IMG/VR virus record: IMGVR_UViG_3300023296_000874
Span: 186,001 to 250,000 of that record
Length of the DNA: 64,000 nucleotides
Strand: one strand, 5' to 3'
A model generated the notes under the pieces. That model saw nothing but the letters and a program-made list of their open reading frames with translations. It searched no databases and was not told where the DNA came from. The position numbers and the translations under genes were made by a program. Shown piece by piece: positions 16,607 to 26,486 of the stretch (positions within the stretch are counted from its first letter, which is position 1; each line of letters starts with the position of its first letter).

Positions 16607-16942
16607 CTACCTGTCCTTCTTGCCCTTGCCCTTGCCTTTACCGCCGTCGCCTTTGTCCTTGCCCGGTCGCGGCGTCTCAACCGGAGCGGGTGCCCAGCTC
16701 TTAGCCTCAATCGCGTCTGCGATTGTCGTAGCCCGAGCAGCGTGGTGCGCAGTCATTGGATCTGCACTCATTGTTAGAGCTCGTCCCCGAAGGTGTGCAA
16801 CTGCCTCACCCTCGGTTCGTAGTGTCCCGTCTTCTGACCTTTTGGCCTCTACACACAGCGACGCCATCAAGTCGTCACCGTATGATTCGGCCTTGTTTCG
16901 AGCGTCTGAAATCCAGTCAACAAAGTCAGACACAACCATCAA
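16607..16942 (-). CDS. Hypothetical protein with Lys/Gly C-terminal tail
   Basis: Overlaps the upstream fibre-gene stop. Confidence 0.55.
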   Translation of the reverse strand: MMVVSDFVDWISDARNKAESYGDDLMASLCVEAKRSEDGTLRTEGEAVAHLRGRALTMSADPMTAHHAARATTIADAIEAKSWAPAPVETPRPGKDKGDGGKGKGKGKKDR

Positions 16943-18135
16943 CCCGCCTTCACGAGGCTAAACCATGAGCCCGTGTCCATTTTGCTATCAGATACACCCT
17001 GCGTCTGCTGCGACCACTTGAGTGAGAATCTACCCGGCGTTGTCACCTGGATGAACCCTTGGAAGTGAATGGAGTTGAAGCTGCTCTCGCCCGTTGTGCT
17101 CGGCGTCTGGACGGTGCCGAGGTTGATGAACGCTCCCTGCTGCGAGTCCAAGTCCATCGTATAGTTCCCCGTGGCAACACCTCCGTCGTCCACAAGCCAC
17201 TGCACCTTCTGGTCTGCCGCAGCGAGCCCTGCTCGAATCAGCCGGGCCTGGAAGATGTACGTCCCGTTCTCGACGTCATCCACAAACAGGTGAGGGTCAA
17301 TCGCTGGGGTGTTGGTGTTGTTCCGTACCGTCTGCGAGGGCTTGATGGCATAGAACGCATCACTTCCGCCGCCGCCACCCAGATTGCCGAGCTTCACCTT
17401 CATCTTGGCGTTACCATTCGCCGAGTCCTCAACGATGACGAGGTCGTCATGGTCGGGCGCAACCTTCTCGGAGAGCTGGTTGATTTCACCGCTGATTGTG
17501 CGGTGAATAGCGGTACCATCACCGCCAGCGGGGATCCAACCAGCATCCAGCTCGTTACCGCCGCCACCGGACCGAGGGATGGAGTTGGTCGCGGGTACGT
17601 TGGTCGCTATGGAGTCTGAGCCGTTGTACTGATGAGAGGCTTCGTGTCCGTGTGGGTTCCGATCGTCGGTGAAGCGGGCGTCACCCGTATCAACCAACGT
17701 GGCATCACTCACCTTCGCGTTGAGATTCGCAAGCGTGTCCGCAGTGTGGCTTCCGAGGGTGTGTGCCGTAGGTGTCCGAGCGTCAGAGAACCGAGAGTCC
17801 GTCGTGTCTACCAACGTGGCATCACTCACCAGCGTGTTCAGATTCGCCAAGGTGTCAGCGGAGTGACGCGCCCCGGCAAAGACGTGGGAAACCGCACCAC
17901 GGTCGTTGGTGTTCCGAGAGTCGCTGTCGGTGACGTACTTGTTGCCACCTGCCGGATTGCCGTCAGTGCCCGCCAGTGCAGCCTTCTCATCTGACGTCGG
18001 AGCGAGTGCGGCGATGTCAGCACCGCCAACGTCGATAGTTGCGGCAGTCATCTTCTTGACCGTGATGTCGTCGGCGGCTCCATCGACCATTGCCCACACA
18101 CCGGCAACCAGCTTCAGGATTTTTACTTCAGCCAT
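16939..18135 (-). CDS. Fibre protein with ADTLANLN repeats
   Basis: 2 HxADTLANLN..VSDATLVDT.D.RF.D.R repeats plus an AIH...EDSA..K.K module shared with 18148..21570. Confidence 0.7.
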   Translation of the reverse strand: MAEVKILKLVAGVWAMVDGAADDITVKKMTAATIDVGGADIAALAPTSDEKAALAGTDGNPAGGNKYVTDSDSRNTNDRGAVSHVFAGARHSADTLANLNTLVSDATLVDTTDSRFSDARTPTAHTLGSHTADTLANLNAKVSDATLVDTGDARFTDDRNPHGHEASHQYNGSDSIATNVPATNSIPRSGGGGNELDAGWIPAGGDGTAIHRTISGEINQLSEKVAPDHDDLVIVEDSANGNAKMKVKLGNLGGGGGSDAFYAIKPSQTVRNNTNTPAIDPHLFVDDVENGTYIFQARLIRAGLAAADQKVQWLVDDGGVATGNYTMDLDSQQGAFINLGTVQTPSTTGESSFNSIHFQGFIQVTTPGRFSLKWSQQTQGVSDSKMDTGSWFSLVKAG

Positions 18136-18147
18136 GATGGGCTCCTA

Positions 18148-21100
18148 TCAATCGTAGAACGTTGCATCGCCTTCAAGGTCGACGATGTAGATGCTGCCCG
18201 CAAAGGTGTCCGCTCCGTCCCCTCCGAGCCTGCGCAGAGCGAAGATCACCGTATCACCGGGGAGGTAGGAGCTGACATTGAGTTCTACGGATGTTTCCTG
18301 GATGGAGCTTACAGTCCCACTCACCGCCGCTGCGGGTACAGAGAGGATTTCTTCCGTCTGTCCGCCATTGAGAAGGGTTCCGATAGTAATCCTACCGAAC
18401 CTGAAGTCAAAGCGAATGTCTCCGACACCCGCGTCAACCTGAGCCCACCGCCACCGAACATAGAGCGGGCGTGATGTGTCAGTTGCACTCGGGATGCGGA
18501 ACTTCAGCCCGAATCCGTCGGTGACGGAGTTTTCGAACTTGTTCTTCTTGACGGCGAGGTTGATCACTTCGCCGTAGTCGATGTTTTGGTTCTTTCCGGC
18601 AGCGCCAGAAAGGTCAGTGGCGAGGGCCAGGGCGATCCCGTCAATCGATAGGATCCTTTCAGAACCCCCGAATCGGTTGGTGCCGGAGTCTTTCTCCTCA
18701 ATGTAGGAGTGCCCACCCTTGATACGTTCGATGGTAGGTGCCGTGGTGATGGCACCCTTGTTCCTGAACCTGATGTAGTACAGATCGTCGCCGTCAGACG
18801 GTGGATCGTTTGCTGTCCAGTTGGCCCATGCGTCGCCGGAGATGTTCAGCCGAAGGTTCTCGTCACCGGCAGCTCGTTCGAACAGTTTCTGAGCGAACTG
18901 TTTCCCTGGGTCAGATGTAGCAGCCATGCAGTGAATGAACTCCCACTCGGCTCCTGTCCACACTTCAACGTCGAGCGCTCCGTCCAGCGCTCCTACGATC
19001 TCGGTGTCGAACATACAAGGCTTGTACGGGAATCCGACGTAGAGCCCATCATCCGCATCCTTGTTCCAGGTGGCTGTGCTGCCTGCCTGAGAGCTAAGGG
19101 CGGCAGTCACCTCGGTGAACTGCGTCAAGGAGTCATCGTAGCCCCATGCCCGCATTCCAAGCACGCTCGAGTCTCCAGTACCCACCGACAGTGAGGAGGG
19201 GAATTGAATCGTGCCTGCATCTACGGCACCGATGAACTTGATGCCGGGGTTGTCACCTCCCGAACCCTGGTCGATGAAGCTGACAAGCAGCAGATCAGGG
19301 TTCCATGTAGATGGGAACTTGCTCAGTGCCTTCTCAAAGGCGCAAGCATCCATCACGAGGCGGGATCCTGATCCGGTCAGAGCATCATCTACCAAGAAGT
19401 CCAAGGCTGAACCATGGAAGGAGGCATTGCTGATGTCCAAGTCGACCGCATTTCCGCTGATGTGGAGCCCGTTGGTGCAGGGCGAGGAGGTGTGGGGAAT
19501 TGTGATGTTCTGTGCAGTGAGTTCGCCACCACTCACGTTGACTGCGTCCGTGCATGAGTAGAGCGCCGAGTTCTGAAACTGCAGGTTCTGGAGTCGGAGG
19601 ATGCCGCCTGAGACGTCAATGAAGGAGTCACACACGCCCACGTTCGCAATCCAGTCCAATCCAATGCACACGCCTCCCGTGCATTCGAAGAAGTTGCCGC
19701 TTGTGGTCCCGCCATTGTGGTAGAGCCCCTGAATGGCGGCAAGGATGCCGGATCCAGCGCCACGCACCAAAGGTCCCGTGTGTCCCGCACCACCGCCCTG
19801 CACAATGCAGTTGAACATAACTGCCAGATTGCCGCCTGGCAGTCCGCTGCAATCGATGGCCGGGTTCGTACCCGAACTCGGGCCAACTACGGTGAGCTCG
19901 CGAAGGGTTCCTGTCTTGTTGAGGATCACACGAGAGCTTGTAGTATCGGCACCCGCGATGATGACGTTCTGTCCGTTCGGGGTGCCGGTCACACGTACCG
20001 AAGATTCCACGGCGGTAAAGTCCAAGCTCTCTGCATAGGTTCCGGGGTACACGAGTACGGTCTGCCCCGCTACGGCGGCGTCCATAGCCGTCTGGATACT
20101 GGTGTAGTCTGCTCCCGTGGCACCTACTGTGACGACGCCCACCGGAGATACGAGCATGTTGGCGAGCTTGACGCGCTTCTTGGCGAAGCTGGCGGCTGAG
20201 TCCTCAATGAGGAGGAAGTCATCGCTGACCGGGTTCGTCTTCTCCGTAACGCCGCTGATCTCGCCGGTCTGGTCGGTGTGGAAAGCCGTACCGTCCGCAC
20301 CGTCATCTACGGTCGGGTTGGGGTAGGATCCTCCGAGATCGCCGCCAGCCGTCCCCGAAGGTGCTCGAGAGTCTGATAGTCTGGAGTCACCTGTGTCAAT
20401 CAAGGTGGCGTCACTGATCTTCGAGTTCAGGTTCGCCAGGGAGTCTGCATTGTGAGATGCACCGCCCAGGTCGTGAGCGGTAGGCGCTACACCGGGCAGG
20501 TTCCCGATTTGAATCTTCTTCTTGATCTTCGCGGCTGCGGAGTCTTCGATGATCAGGTAGTCACCGCTGACGGGTGTTGCCTTCTCTGGAACCGTGTCCA
20601 GCTCAGCCGCTACGTTCCGGTGAATGGCTGAGCCATCCGCACCGTCGTTCACCGTTGGGCTTGGGTAGCTACCGCCGAGGTCTCCACTCGCTGAACCGTT
20701 GGGGGGCCTGGAGTCGGTGAAGCGTGCATCACCCTCGTCAACGAGCGTGGCGTCATCGATCTTCGTGTTGAGCTGAGAGAGCGTAGTGGTGCCGTGTGTT
20801 GACCCACCCAGATCGTGCGTCAGCGCCTTCCTATCATCCGAAAGCCTGGCATCTGTAGTGTCGATGAGCGTTGCATCGCTCACCTTCGAGTTCAGGTTGG
20901 CGAGCGTATCCGCAAGGTGGTCTCCACCGCCCAGGAGGTGATTCGCTCCGACCTCGCCACCCACGGCAGAGAAGGACATGTTGGAGTTGGTACCGGATGC
21001 AACTTCGAAGTTGCCCGCTGCGGCGCTTCTCAAGGCTGACACGCGCGTCTTGTAGACGGTGCCCACGGCACCAAGGCCGTGAGCTGAAGTGCGGCAGAAG

Positions 21101-21570
21101 GCGTGACGTGGCGCGGTGAGCCCGCACTTCAGGACGATGTCGTCCTGGCTGGCGGACAGTACCTCGTACAGCCCGTCGTTGAGGCCCGTACCCTTCACCA
21201 TCGCGTAGTCACCAGCGGCCCAGGGATCTTTCCCGCCGAGGTCGATGTTGAGCGAAGCGTCGGTGAAGCCCTTGGTGGAGCCACCCCAGCCCTCAATCGC
21301 GTAGCCCGGAGATACGGGATCATCTACGACAGCCAGACCGCCGTACCGCCCGGCGTCTTCCGAGTAGAGATTGTTGAGCAACAGATAGGCTTCGCTTGAG
21401 TAGAAGCCCTCCTTGCGGCCCGACTGCGCCCCGGTCTGATCGCCAATGACAATCTGACCGCTGGCTACGGTGTGGCTACCGTAGGAGGTGACGGCTTTGA
21501 TCTCTCCAGAGACAGTATCTTGGAGAATCCACGTACCGTCCTCGAGCTGTAGTAGTCGAATCTGAGACAT
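18148..21570 (-). CDS. Large tail fibre/spike: repeat shaft plus beta-helix (pectin-lyase-like) domain
   Basis: ADTLANLN and GDLGGSYP.PTV repeats; GADYTSIQTAMDAAVAGQTVLVYPGTY beta-helix cap. Confidence 0.75.
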   Translation of the reverse strand: MSQIRLLQLEDGTWILQDTVSGEIKAVTSYGSHTVASGQIVIGDQTGAQSGRKEGFYSSEAYLLLNNLYSEDAGRYGGLAVVDDPVSPGYAIEGWGGSTKGFTDASLNIDLGGKDPWAAGDYAMVKGTGLNDGLYEVLSASQDDIVLKCGLTAPRHAFCRTSAHGLGAVGTVYKTRVSALRSAAAGNFEVASGTNSNMSFSAVGGEVGANHLLGGGDHLADTLANLNSKVSDATLIDTTDARLSDDRKALTHDLGGSTHGTTTLSQLNTKIDDATLVDEGDARFTDSRPPNGSASGDLGGSYPSPTVNDGADGSAIHRNVAAELDTVPEKATPVSGDYLIIEDSAAAKIKKKIQIGNLPGVAPTAHDLGGASHNADSLANLNSKISDATLIDTGDSRLSDSRAPSGTAGGDLGGSYPNPTVDDGADGTAFHTDQTGEISGVTEKTNPVSDDFLLIEDSAASFAKKRVKLANMLVSPVGVVTVGATGADYTSIQTAMDAAVAGQTVLVYPGTYAESLDFTAVESSVRVTGTPNGQNVIIAGADTTSSRVILNKTGTLRELTVVGPSSGTNPAIDCSGLPGGNLAVMFNCIVQGGGAGHTGPLVRGAGSGILAAIQGLYHNGGTTSGNFFECTGGVCIGLDWIANVGVCDSFIDVSGGILRLQNLQFQNSALYSCTDAVNVSGGELTAQNITIPHTSSPCTNGLHISGNAVDLDISNASFHGSALDFLVDDALTGSGSRLVMDACAFEKALSKFPSTWNPDLLLVSFIDQGSGGDNPGIKFIGAVDAGTIQFPSSLSVGTGDSSVLGMRAWGYDDSLTQFTEVTAALSSQAGSTATWNKDADDGLYVGFPYKPCMFDTEIVGALDGALDVEVWTGAEWEFIHCMAATSDPGKQFAQKLFERAAGDENLRLNISGDAWANWTANDPPSDGDDLYYIRFRNKGAITTAPTIERIKGGHSYIEEKDSGTNRFGGSERILSIDGIALALATDLSGAAGKNQNIDYGEVINLAVKKNKFENSVTDGFGLKFRIPSATDTSRPLYVRWRWAQVDAGVGDIRFDFRFGRITIGTLLNGGQTEEILSVPAAAVSGTVSSIQETSVELNVSSYLPGDTVIFALRRLGGDGADTFAGSIYIVDLEGDATFYD

Positions 21571-21577
21571 TGGTCCC

Positions 21578-21799
21578 TCAGTAGGTAAGGCTCTTCATCC
21601 GGTTCAGGCGGTCAACGAAGGCCGCTTCAGGGCTGTTGTTCCACTCGCACCGAACCTCGTTGAGCTGGTCGGCTGAGATGTCGAAGTAGAACTCGCCCTT
21701 GCCGGGACGCTCTACCTTGAGGGATGCGAGCTTGTAGCCTCGCTGCTCGAGGTATGCGGCGAAGGAGACGTTGGTACACTTGTAGGGCTTGTTTTCCAT
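21578..21799 (-). CDS. DUF5659-like small protein
   Basis: YKCTNVSFAAYL..RG ... GEFYFD; paralog of 23898..24155. Confidence 0.55.
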   Translation of the reverse strand: MENKPYKCTNVSFAAYLEQRGYKLASLKVERPGKGEFYFDISADQLNEVRCEWNNSPEAAFVDRLNRMKSLTY

Positions 21800-21809
21800 G
21801 ATTGTTTTC

Positions 21810-23831
21810 CTATGTGATTTCGATCTCAGGGAATACCTGGATCACTACTGAGCCGTCCCCGACACCTATGCCGAGCGGTGCAACTACCTCACCCGTGCTT
21901 GATGGGGCAGTGTTTGTGATGTTTCCCGCTGCGGAGGCTGAAAGATAAGCTCTATCCCCCGCACCTACGGAGCCTGAGAAGGGGGCGTTACCGCTCAACT
22001 GAACGAAACAGGTTGTGTCACCTTTCTTCTCTTTCACGAAGCCGATGACACGCGATGTAGCCATAGAGGTAGCGATGGCTTGCTGGATCTTGCCCGTACC
22101 GTCCAGGTAGCAAGCATCCGCGACTGCAACTCCGGAGTCACAGGTAAACTCGCGGTAGGTCCCTGACGGTCGGATGAGATCGTGGTGATCACCCGATGTC
22201 TGCGTCCAGTAGGCATGTCCATCCCACCAATCGCCGCCACCATCCGACGTCCAGATCTCGTACTCATTTCCGGGCGCACTACTTAGTCGCCCAATCATCG
22301 CACCCTTCTTGAGTGTGATGTCCTGTTGGACGTCCGTATCAGATTCCAGGGCGATTTTGGTGCCCCGAATCTCAACATCCCCCTCAACACCACCGCCGTC
22401 GGGCTGGCCTCCTCTCAGATAGAGAGTGCCGCCATCACCTGTACCCGCTGATTTGCCTCCCATTACCTTCAGGGAGCCGCCGTCGGCGTCTCCTGACGGC
22501 TGTCTACCCTCAATGCCGCTGACACTGATTACCTGTCCATCCTCGCCAACGTGACCGGAGGTCAGAACGCTTGACAGAGGCGGTACCACATCGAACTCAT
22601 CGTCGATGGATTGGAGCACCTCTTGGATGTTGTCGCCATCGATGTTGTTGAAAGAGTCGCGTTGGACGCTGATTTTCTCAGCCGGTACTATGGGTCCAAT
22701 ACCGTTCGGGGCGTCCCCCAAGAATCGTGGCAGGTCACCCGCTTGTGGGTCTGCAATTCCCGAGGTTGCGTCGTAGTTGCCTCCGAAGGTTGAACCCGCC
22801 TCGGAAGCGAGGCTGTTAGGTGCGATTTCTGTGCCCGATCGCATAGCGATCGTCAGGTTGGCAGGGCTCCGAATCATGATGGGCTCAAGCCCCGTCAAAC
22901 CCTTGATGGTAGAGCCAATCATCAATACGGCTACGTCAGAGTCCGCACCACTCACTTCGAAGAGTTCAGGAGCGCCACTTACTACGCTGTAGACGTACAC
23001 CTCACGGATGACGGCGAGTTGACGGCCACCGGGGTTCCACTGAATCGGTGCATCGCCGCTTACCGGAGGGAGCAGAGTCAGACCCTCAATGCTGTAGAGG
23101 TTGGTGATCGTCACCCCGGCCTCAAAGGTCAAGGGCGTGGTCGAGCCACCGTAGATCTTCCCCAGGCCTTCGATCTCCAAAGCGGCCTGGGTGTAAACCC
23201 TCGCACCCCCGTCGGATAGCTTGGCGTTCTTGAAGTCGTACTCGCCCGCTGGGATGGTCGGGTGCTCGAACTCATCGAGCCCCGACGCATCGATGATCAC
23301 TTCACGGAAGACGTCCGAGCCGATCTCGTCGAAGTCAGCGTAGAGGTTAGCCCAATCGCTGTATACGTTACCGCTCGGCTCGGATTCGTTGGGGTCGAAC
23401 ACGAACTTGGGTGGGTCGACGGCAGTATCATCGAGGCTCTCGAGCGCCTTGTGCAGGTGGTCGCCCCAATCTCGCTGTCCAACGGCAGGAATTATCATGC
23501 CCTTGTTCGCGGTAGGGACAGACACATTGCTGAAGGCGCTGCTTGGGGCCTTGCCTTGAGTGGTCTCCGAGGTCTTGTTTCCGGTAGCCGTGACCACCAG
23601 GAAGAACCTGTACGTGCCTACGACGTCCGGGGTGAACTTCGCGCTGACGGAGTTGGGGGTCGTGAGGGCGGCAGAGCTACCGGGTGGCTTGGCTGCGAGC
23701 GTCCATGCGTAGGACGTAATCGTACCGCCATCCGGGTCGTTGCTCTCACTACCGTCAAGCGTCCACTCAACACCACTGACGGCATTGACGGCATCACCGG
23801 CTGTAACTGCAATGGGAAGGACTACTGGCAC
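21810..23831 (-). CDS. Fibre/appendage protein: PKD-like N-domain, DUF2190-like C-domain
   Basis: LDGSESNDPDGGTITSYAWT...FTPDVVGTYRFFLVV (PKD); C-terminal VAVADACYLD..GK...VIGFV...GDRAYLS..AG. Confidence 0.65.
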   Translation of the reverse strand: MPVVLPIAVTAGDAVNAVSGVEWTLDGSESNDPDGGTITSYAWTLAAKPPGSSAALTTPNSVSAKFTPDVVGTYRFFLVVTATGNKTSETTQGKAPSSAFSNVSVPTANKGMIIPAVGQRDWGDHLHKALESLDDTAVDPPKFVFDPNESEPSGNVYSDWANLYADFDEIGSDVFREVIIDASGLDEFEHPTIPAGEYDFKNAKLSDGGARVYTQAALEIEGLGKIYGGSTTPLTFEAGVTITNLYSIEGLTLLPPVSGDAPIQWNPGGRQLAVIREVYVYSVVSGAPELFEVSGADSDVAVLMIGSTIKGLTGLEPIMIRSPANLTIAMRSGTEIAPNSLASEAGSTFGGNYDATSGIADPQAGDLPRFLGDAPNGIGPIVPAEKISVQRDSFNNIDGDNIQEVLQSIDDEFDVVPPLSSVLTSGHVGEDGQVISVSGIEGRQPSGDADGGSLKVMGGKSAGTGDGGTLYLRGGQPDGGGVEGDVEIRGTKIALESDTDVQQDITLKKGAMIGRLSSAPGNEYEIWTSDGGGDWWDGHAYWTQTSGDHHDLIRPSGTYREFTCDSGVAVADACYLDGTGKIQQAIATSMATSRVIGFVKEKKGDTTCFVQLSGNAPFSGSVGAGDRAYLSASAAGNITNTAPSSTGEVVAPLGIGVGDGSVVIQVFPEIEIT

Positions 23832-23872
23832 TGCGAATCCTCAAGTCTGGATTTGATCTCTGTCGACCCGTC

Positions 23873-23888
23873 GTACAAACGGATTATG
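23873..23888 (-). promoter_or_regulatory. Conserved 16-bp motif (putative late promoter)
   Basis: gtacaaacggattatg, 42 nt upstream of 23831. Confidence 0.7.
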
Positions 23889-23897
23889 TCGCCGCGA

Positions 23898-24155
23898 TCA
23901 AATGTGGCAGAGGCTCTTGAGGGCCTTGATGGTGTCCGCATAGCACCGAGCGGCGATCTTGGCATCGTCGTTGATGTATTCGAGCTGTAGTCGCGCAATG
24001 GTACCGGAGCCATCGTCAATGAAGACGAAGTTGCAGCGTCGGCGGCGCTCATCAAGCCAGCGAGGAGGCTTCATCGTGATCCGAGCAGCCTTGAGGAAGG
24101 CCGCGAAGTACAGATCAGGAGTCTCGAAATCGCGCTTGGTAGGTAGGGTCGGCAT
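23898..24155 (-). CDS. DUF5659-like small protein
   Basis: FETPDLYFAAFLKA ... CNFVF. Confidence 0.6.
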   Translation of the reverse strand: MPTLPTKRDFETPDLYFAAFLKAARITMKPPRWLDERRRRCNFVFIDDGSGTIARLQLEYINDDAKIAARCYADTIKALKSLCHI

Positions 24156-24170
24156 CTGTATGTTCCTTGT

Positions 24171-24662
24171 TTAGTCCAGCAGGTTCACTGGGTTCTGTTT
24201 TTGTGTTTTCTTCGGTGGTAGGGACCGAACGATTTGGCCCGTGAGGGTCAACCGTCGTAGTCTCTCAAAGATGGTTCGCGATCCCACCAGAACCGCGTTC
24301 GCAGAATCCAGAAACCGCATGTGGTCTTTTACCTGCCATCTCTCACAGAGACGTAGGTCCAACCACATGCGGTATCGCGCTTTGATGAGCTGTGCTTCGC
24401 CGGGCAAGCCCGTGAAGTCTACCGACTCAAAGTCCGCATAGAGCGTCTTGAGGCGGTTCAGGATGTGTACAATCCGCTTTCGCTGAAAGAAGTTCGCTGG
24501 CATCCAGTCGGCACCAGCGAACTCTTTCTTATGCGAATCGAGCAGTTGGTACACCGCGTCAGAAGTGATGGAAGCCCTCAGCAGTCGGCCCGAAACACCC
24601 ATCACGTACCTCGCAGTGATACCTCCAGTCCTCGTTATCACGTGGTAGTCAAGCAGGATCAA
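24171..24662 (-). CDS. Hypothetical protein
   Basis: TTG start; fills the operon gap. Confidence 0.5.
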   Translation of the reverse strand: MILLDYHVITRTGGITARYVMGVSGRLLRASITSDAVYQLLDSHKKEFAGADWMPANFFQRKRIVHILNRLKTLYADFESVDFTGLPGEAQLIKARYRMWLDLRLCERWQVKDHMRFLDSANAVLVGSRTIFERLRRLTLTGQIVRSLPPKKTQKQNPVNLLD

Positions 24663-24674
24663 CCTGCTCGGCTA

Positions 24675-25349
24675 TCAGGCGAAGACGGGGAGGATCTCGA
24701 GGTGTACGTTGAACTTGCCAGCGGTCAGCGTGGCGGCAGCCAGCGTGAACACCATCGTCTCGAGGGTGGCGTTCTTGGTGGAAGCCTGCGCCAACTGGGT
24801 CGTAACGGCCACATCGATGAGGCCGTTGCTCACCTCTGCACCGTCAAACGCGATGACGTCGCCTGCGCTCCAGCCCGTGATGTCGGCCACAACCAGCTTC
24901 ATGCCGTTGGTGTCCGCAGAGCGTCCGAGCATACCGGTCGGGGTACCACCGGAGGTAGGGGCGACGATCACTTCAATCCAGCCACGGAGCATCAGGCATA
25001 CCGGAAGCTCCTTGGTTGCGGCGTCAAGGCCGGTGAGCTCGTAAGCTCCGGCAGTCGCGCCGTCCACGGAGAAGTCGTACTGCCAGGTGTGTACCTGGAT
25101 AGCACCACCAATCTGGGAGACGGTGAGGTTGCCTGCATCCACCTGCTTGCGGATTGCGCCAACTTCGTAGCTGAGAAGCACGTCAGAGCTGAGCGCGAGC
25201 TCAACGGAACTGGATGCTGGGACGTAAACCGGGCCAGGCCGACGCGCACGGTAGGCTCCCTCGCGACCAAGACCGAAGTCAACATCGTCGAGAAGAATGG
25301 AGCCTGTGGTGGCGTTGGTCACCCGGATGTAGAGACTTTCGAGGGCCAT
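24675..25349 (-). CDS. Putative virion structural (decoration-like) protein
   Basis: GGAG RBS; beta-rich small-residue composition; tandem late motifs upstream. Confidence 0.55.
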   Translation of the reverse strand: MALESLYIRVTNATTGSILLDDVDFGLGREGAYRARRPGPVYVPASSSVELALSSDVLLSYEVGAIRKQVDAGNLTVSQIGGAIQVHTWQYDFSVDGATAGAYELTGLDAATKELPVCLMLRGWIEVIVAPTSGGTPTGMLGRSADTNGMKLVVADITGWSAGDVIAFDGAEVSNGLIDVAVTTQLAQASTKNATLETMVFTLAAATLTAGKFNVHLEILPVFA

Positions 25350-25394
25350 GGTATTCTACTCCTGCGAGGGGGGTTGAGTTTCTTTGAGCGCGAT

Positions 25395-25410
25395 CTACAA
25401 AAGGATTATG
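25395..25410 (-). promoter_or_regulatory. Conserved 16-bp motif (consensus copy)
   Basis: ctacaaaaggattatg, 46 nt upstream of 25349. Confidence 0.75.
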
Positions 25411-25471
25411 AGCAGTGCTCTCAAGAGTGATCACGACACAGGGAAAGCCCGTTTCGCTCGTCTTGACTGCG

Positions 25472-25487
25472 CTACAAATGGATTATG
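25472..25487 (-). promoter_or_regulatory. Conserved 16-bp motif (second, tandem copy)
   Basis: ctacaaatggattatg. Confidence 0.7.
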
Positions 25488-25490
25488 AAC

Positions 25491-26075
25491 TCAGTATTGA
25501 GCTGAGATCCGAAGTTCAAAGTCGGTCGCACCGCCGACACCGCGCAGCCAGATCTTCTGGACGCGTCCTTCAATGCCGAGCTCGGCACCTGCGGCGAGGC
25601 TCTTCTCTGGTCCGTTCTCGCTGAACGCTACCATCAGTGCCTCAGTGCTGTCCACGTTCTGAACAGCAAACTCGGTGGATGCGGGAATGTTGACGGCGAT
25701 GGAGTTCGCCAAGGCGGCTCCTTGAGGCACCGTGCCGGTCATCATCCAGAAGTGGTATGATCCGCGCGCCGATTCCATCAGGAGGTGAACGTCGGACGTG
25801 GTGACGGCTACGGTAGCGTCAATGTCCTGGAACCTCACGTACAGAGGTACGGTCAGCGAGTACTCGCTGAGCACGAGCTTGTGGAACACCTTCCCGCGCC
25901 AGTTCTGTCCGAGCCCGTTGCTCGGAGGCGACTGCTTCGCGGGAATGTCCACAAGGGTGCTCCATGTGGTGAGATCCGGGCTGGTTTGCACTCGAATTGA
26001 CTGCGTGGAGCTGCCCCTCTGGTCGAGGAGTAGCTCCATGATGTCGTCAGTGCGCCTAATGAGTCCATCGGCCAT
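25491..26075 (-). CDS. Putative structural protein (FN3/Ig-like beta-rich)
   Basis: VQTSPDLTTWSTL, LYVRFQDI; late block. Confidence 0.5.
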   Translation of the reverse strand: MADGLIRRTDDIMELLLDQRGSSTQSIRVQTSPDLTTWSTLVDIPAKQSPPSNGLGQNWRGKVFHKLVLSEYSLTVPLYVRFQDIDATVAVTTSDVHLLMESARGSYHFWMMTGTVPQGAALANSIAVNIPASTEFAVQNVDSTEALMVAFSENGPEKSLAAGAELGIEGRVQKIWLRGVGGATDFELRISAQY

Positions 26076-26084
26076 GAGTAGCTC

Positions 26085-26483
26085 CTACAGGTTCTTCTTG
26101 CCGGAGAGGTTGTTCACCTTCCGGTCAAAGTCGGTAACGTCCCCACCGCGCTCCTTTACGATCTTCTTGGCGTCTCCCCACGTCTCAACCTGCTCACCGC
26201 CCACGTTGGGTGCCAGGGTGGGTAGGGTGTGAGCGTAGCGCTCGCGCTGACGTCGATCCATCACAGCGGTTCTATTCGCACGGTACCTCTTCTCCTTGAG
26301 AGTCTTCCCAGGCCACTCACCCTTCATCTGAACCTGCCCCCGCCAGTTGGCAGCGATGAAGGTCTTGCTCATTGAGCCGTCACACTCCGTACACGGAGGT
26401 TGAACGGTCTTGGCATCAGAAACTGAGTAGGTGAGCTCGGTGGTGTAGTCACACGAGGAGCATCGGTAGCTGTACTGGGGCAT
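26085..26483 (-). CDS. FmdB-family zinc-ribbon protein
   Basis: MPQYSYRCSSC ... PPCTECDG. Confidence 0.75.
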   Translation of the reverse strand: MPQYSYRCSSCDYTTELTYSVSDAKTVQPPCTECDGSMSKTFIAANWRGQVQMKGEWPGKTLKEKRYRANRTAVMDRRQRERYAHTLPTLAPNVGGEQVETWGDAKKIVKERGGDVTDFDRKVNNLSGKKNL

Positions 26484-26486
26484 TGC

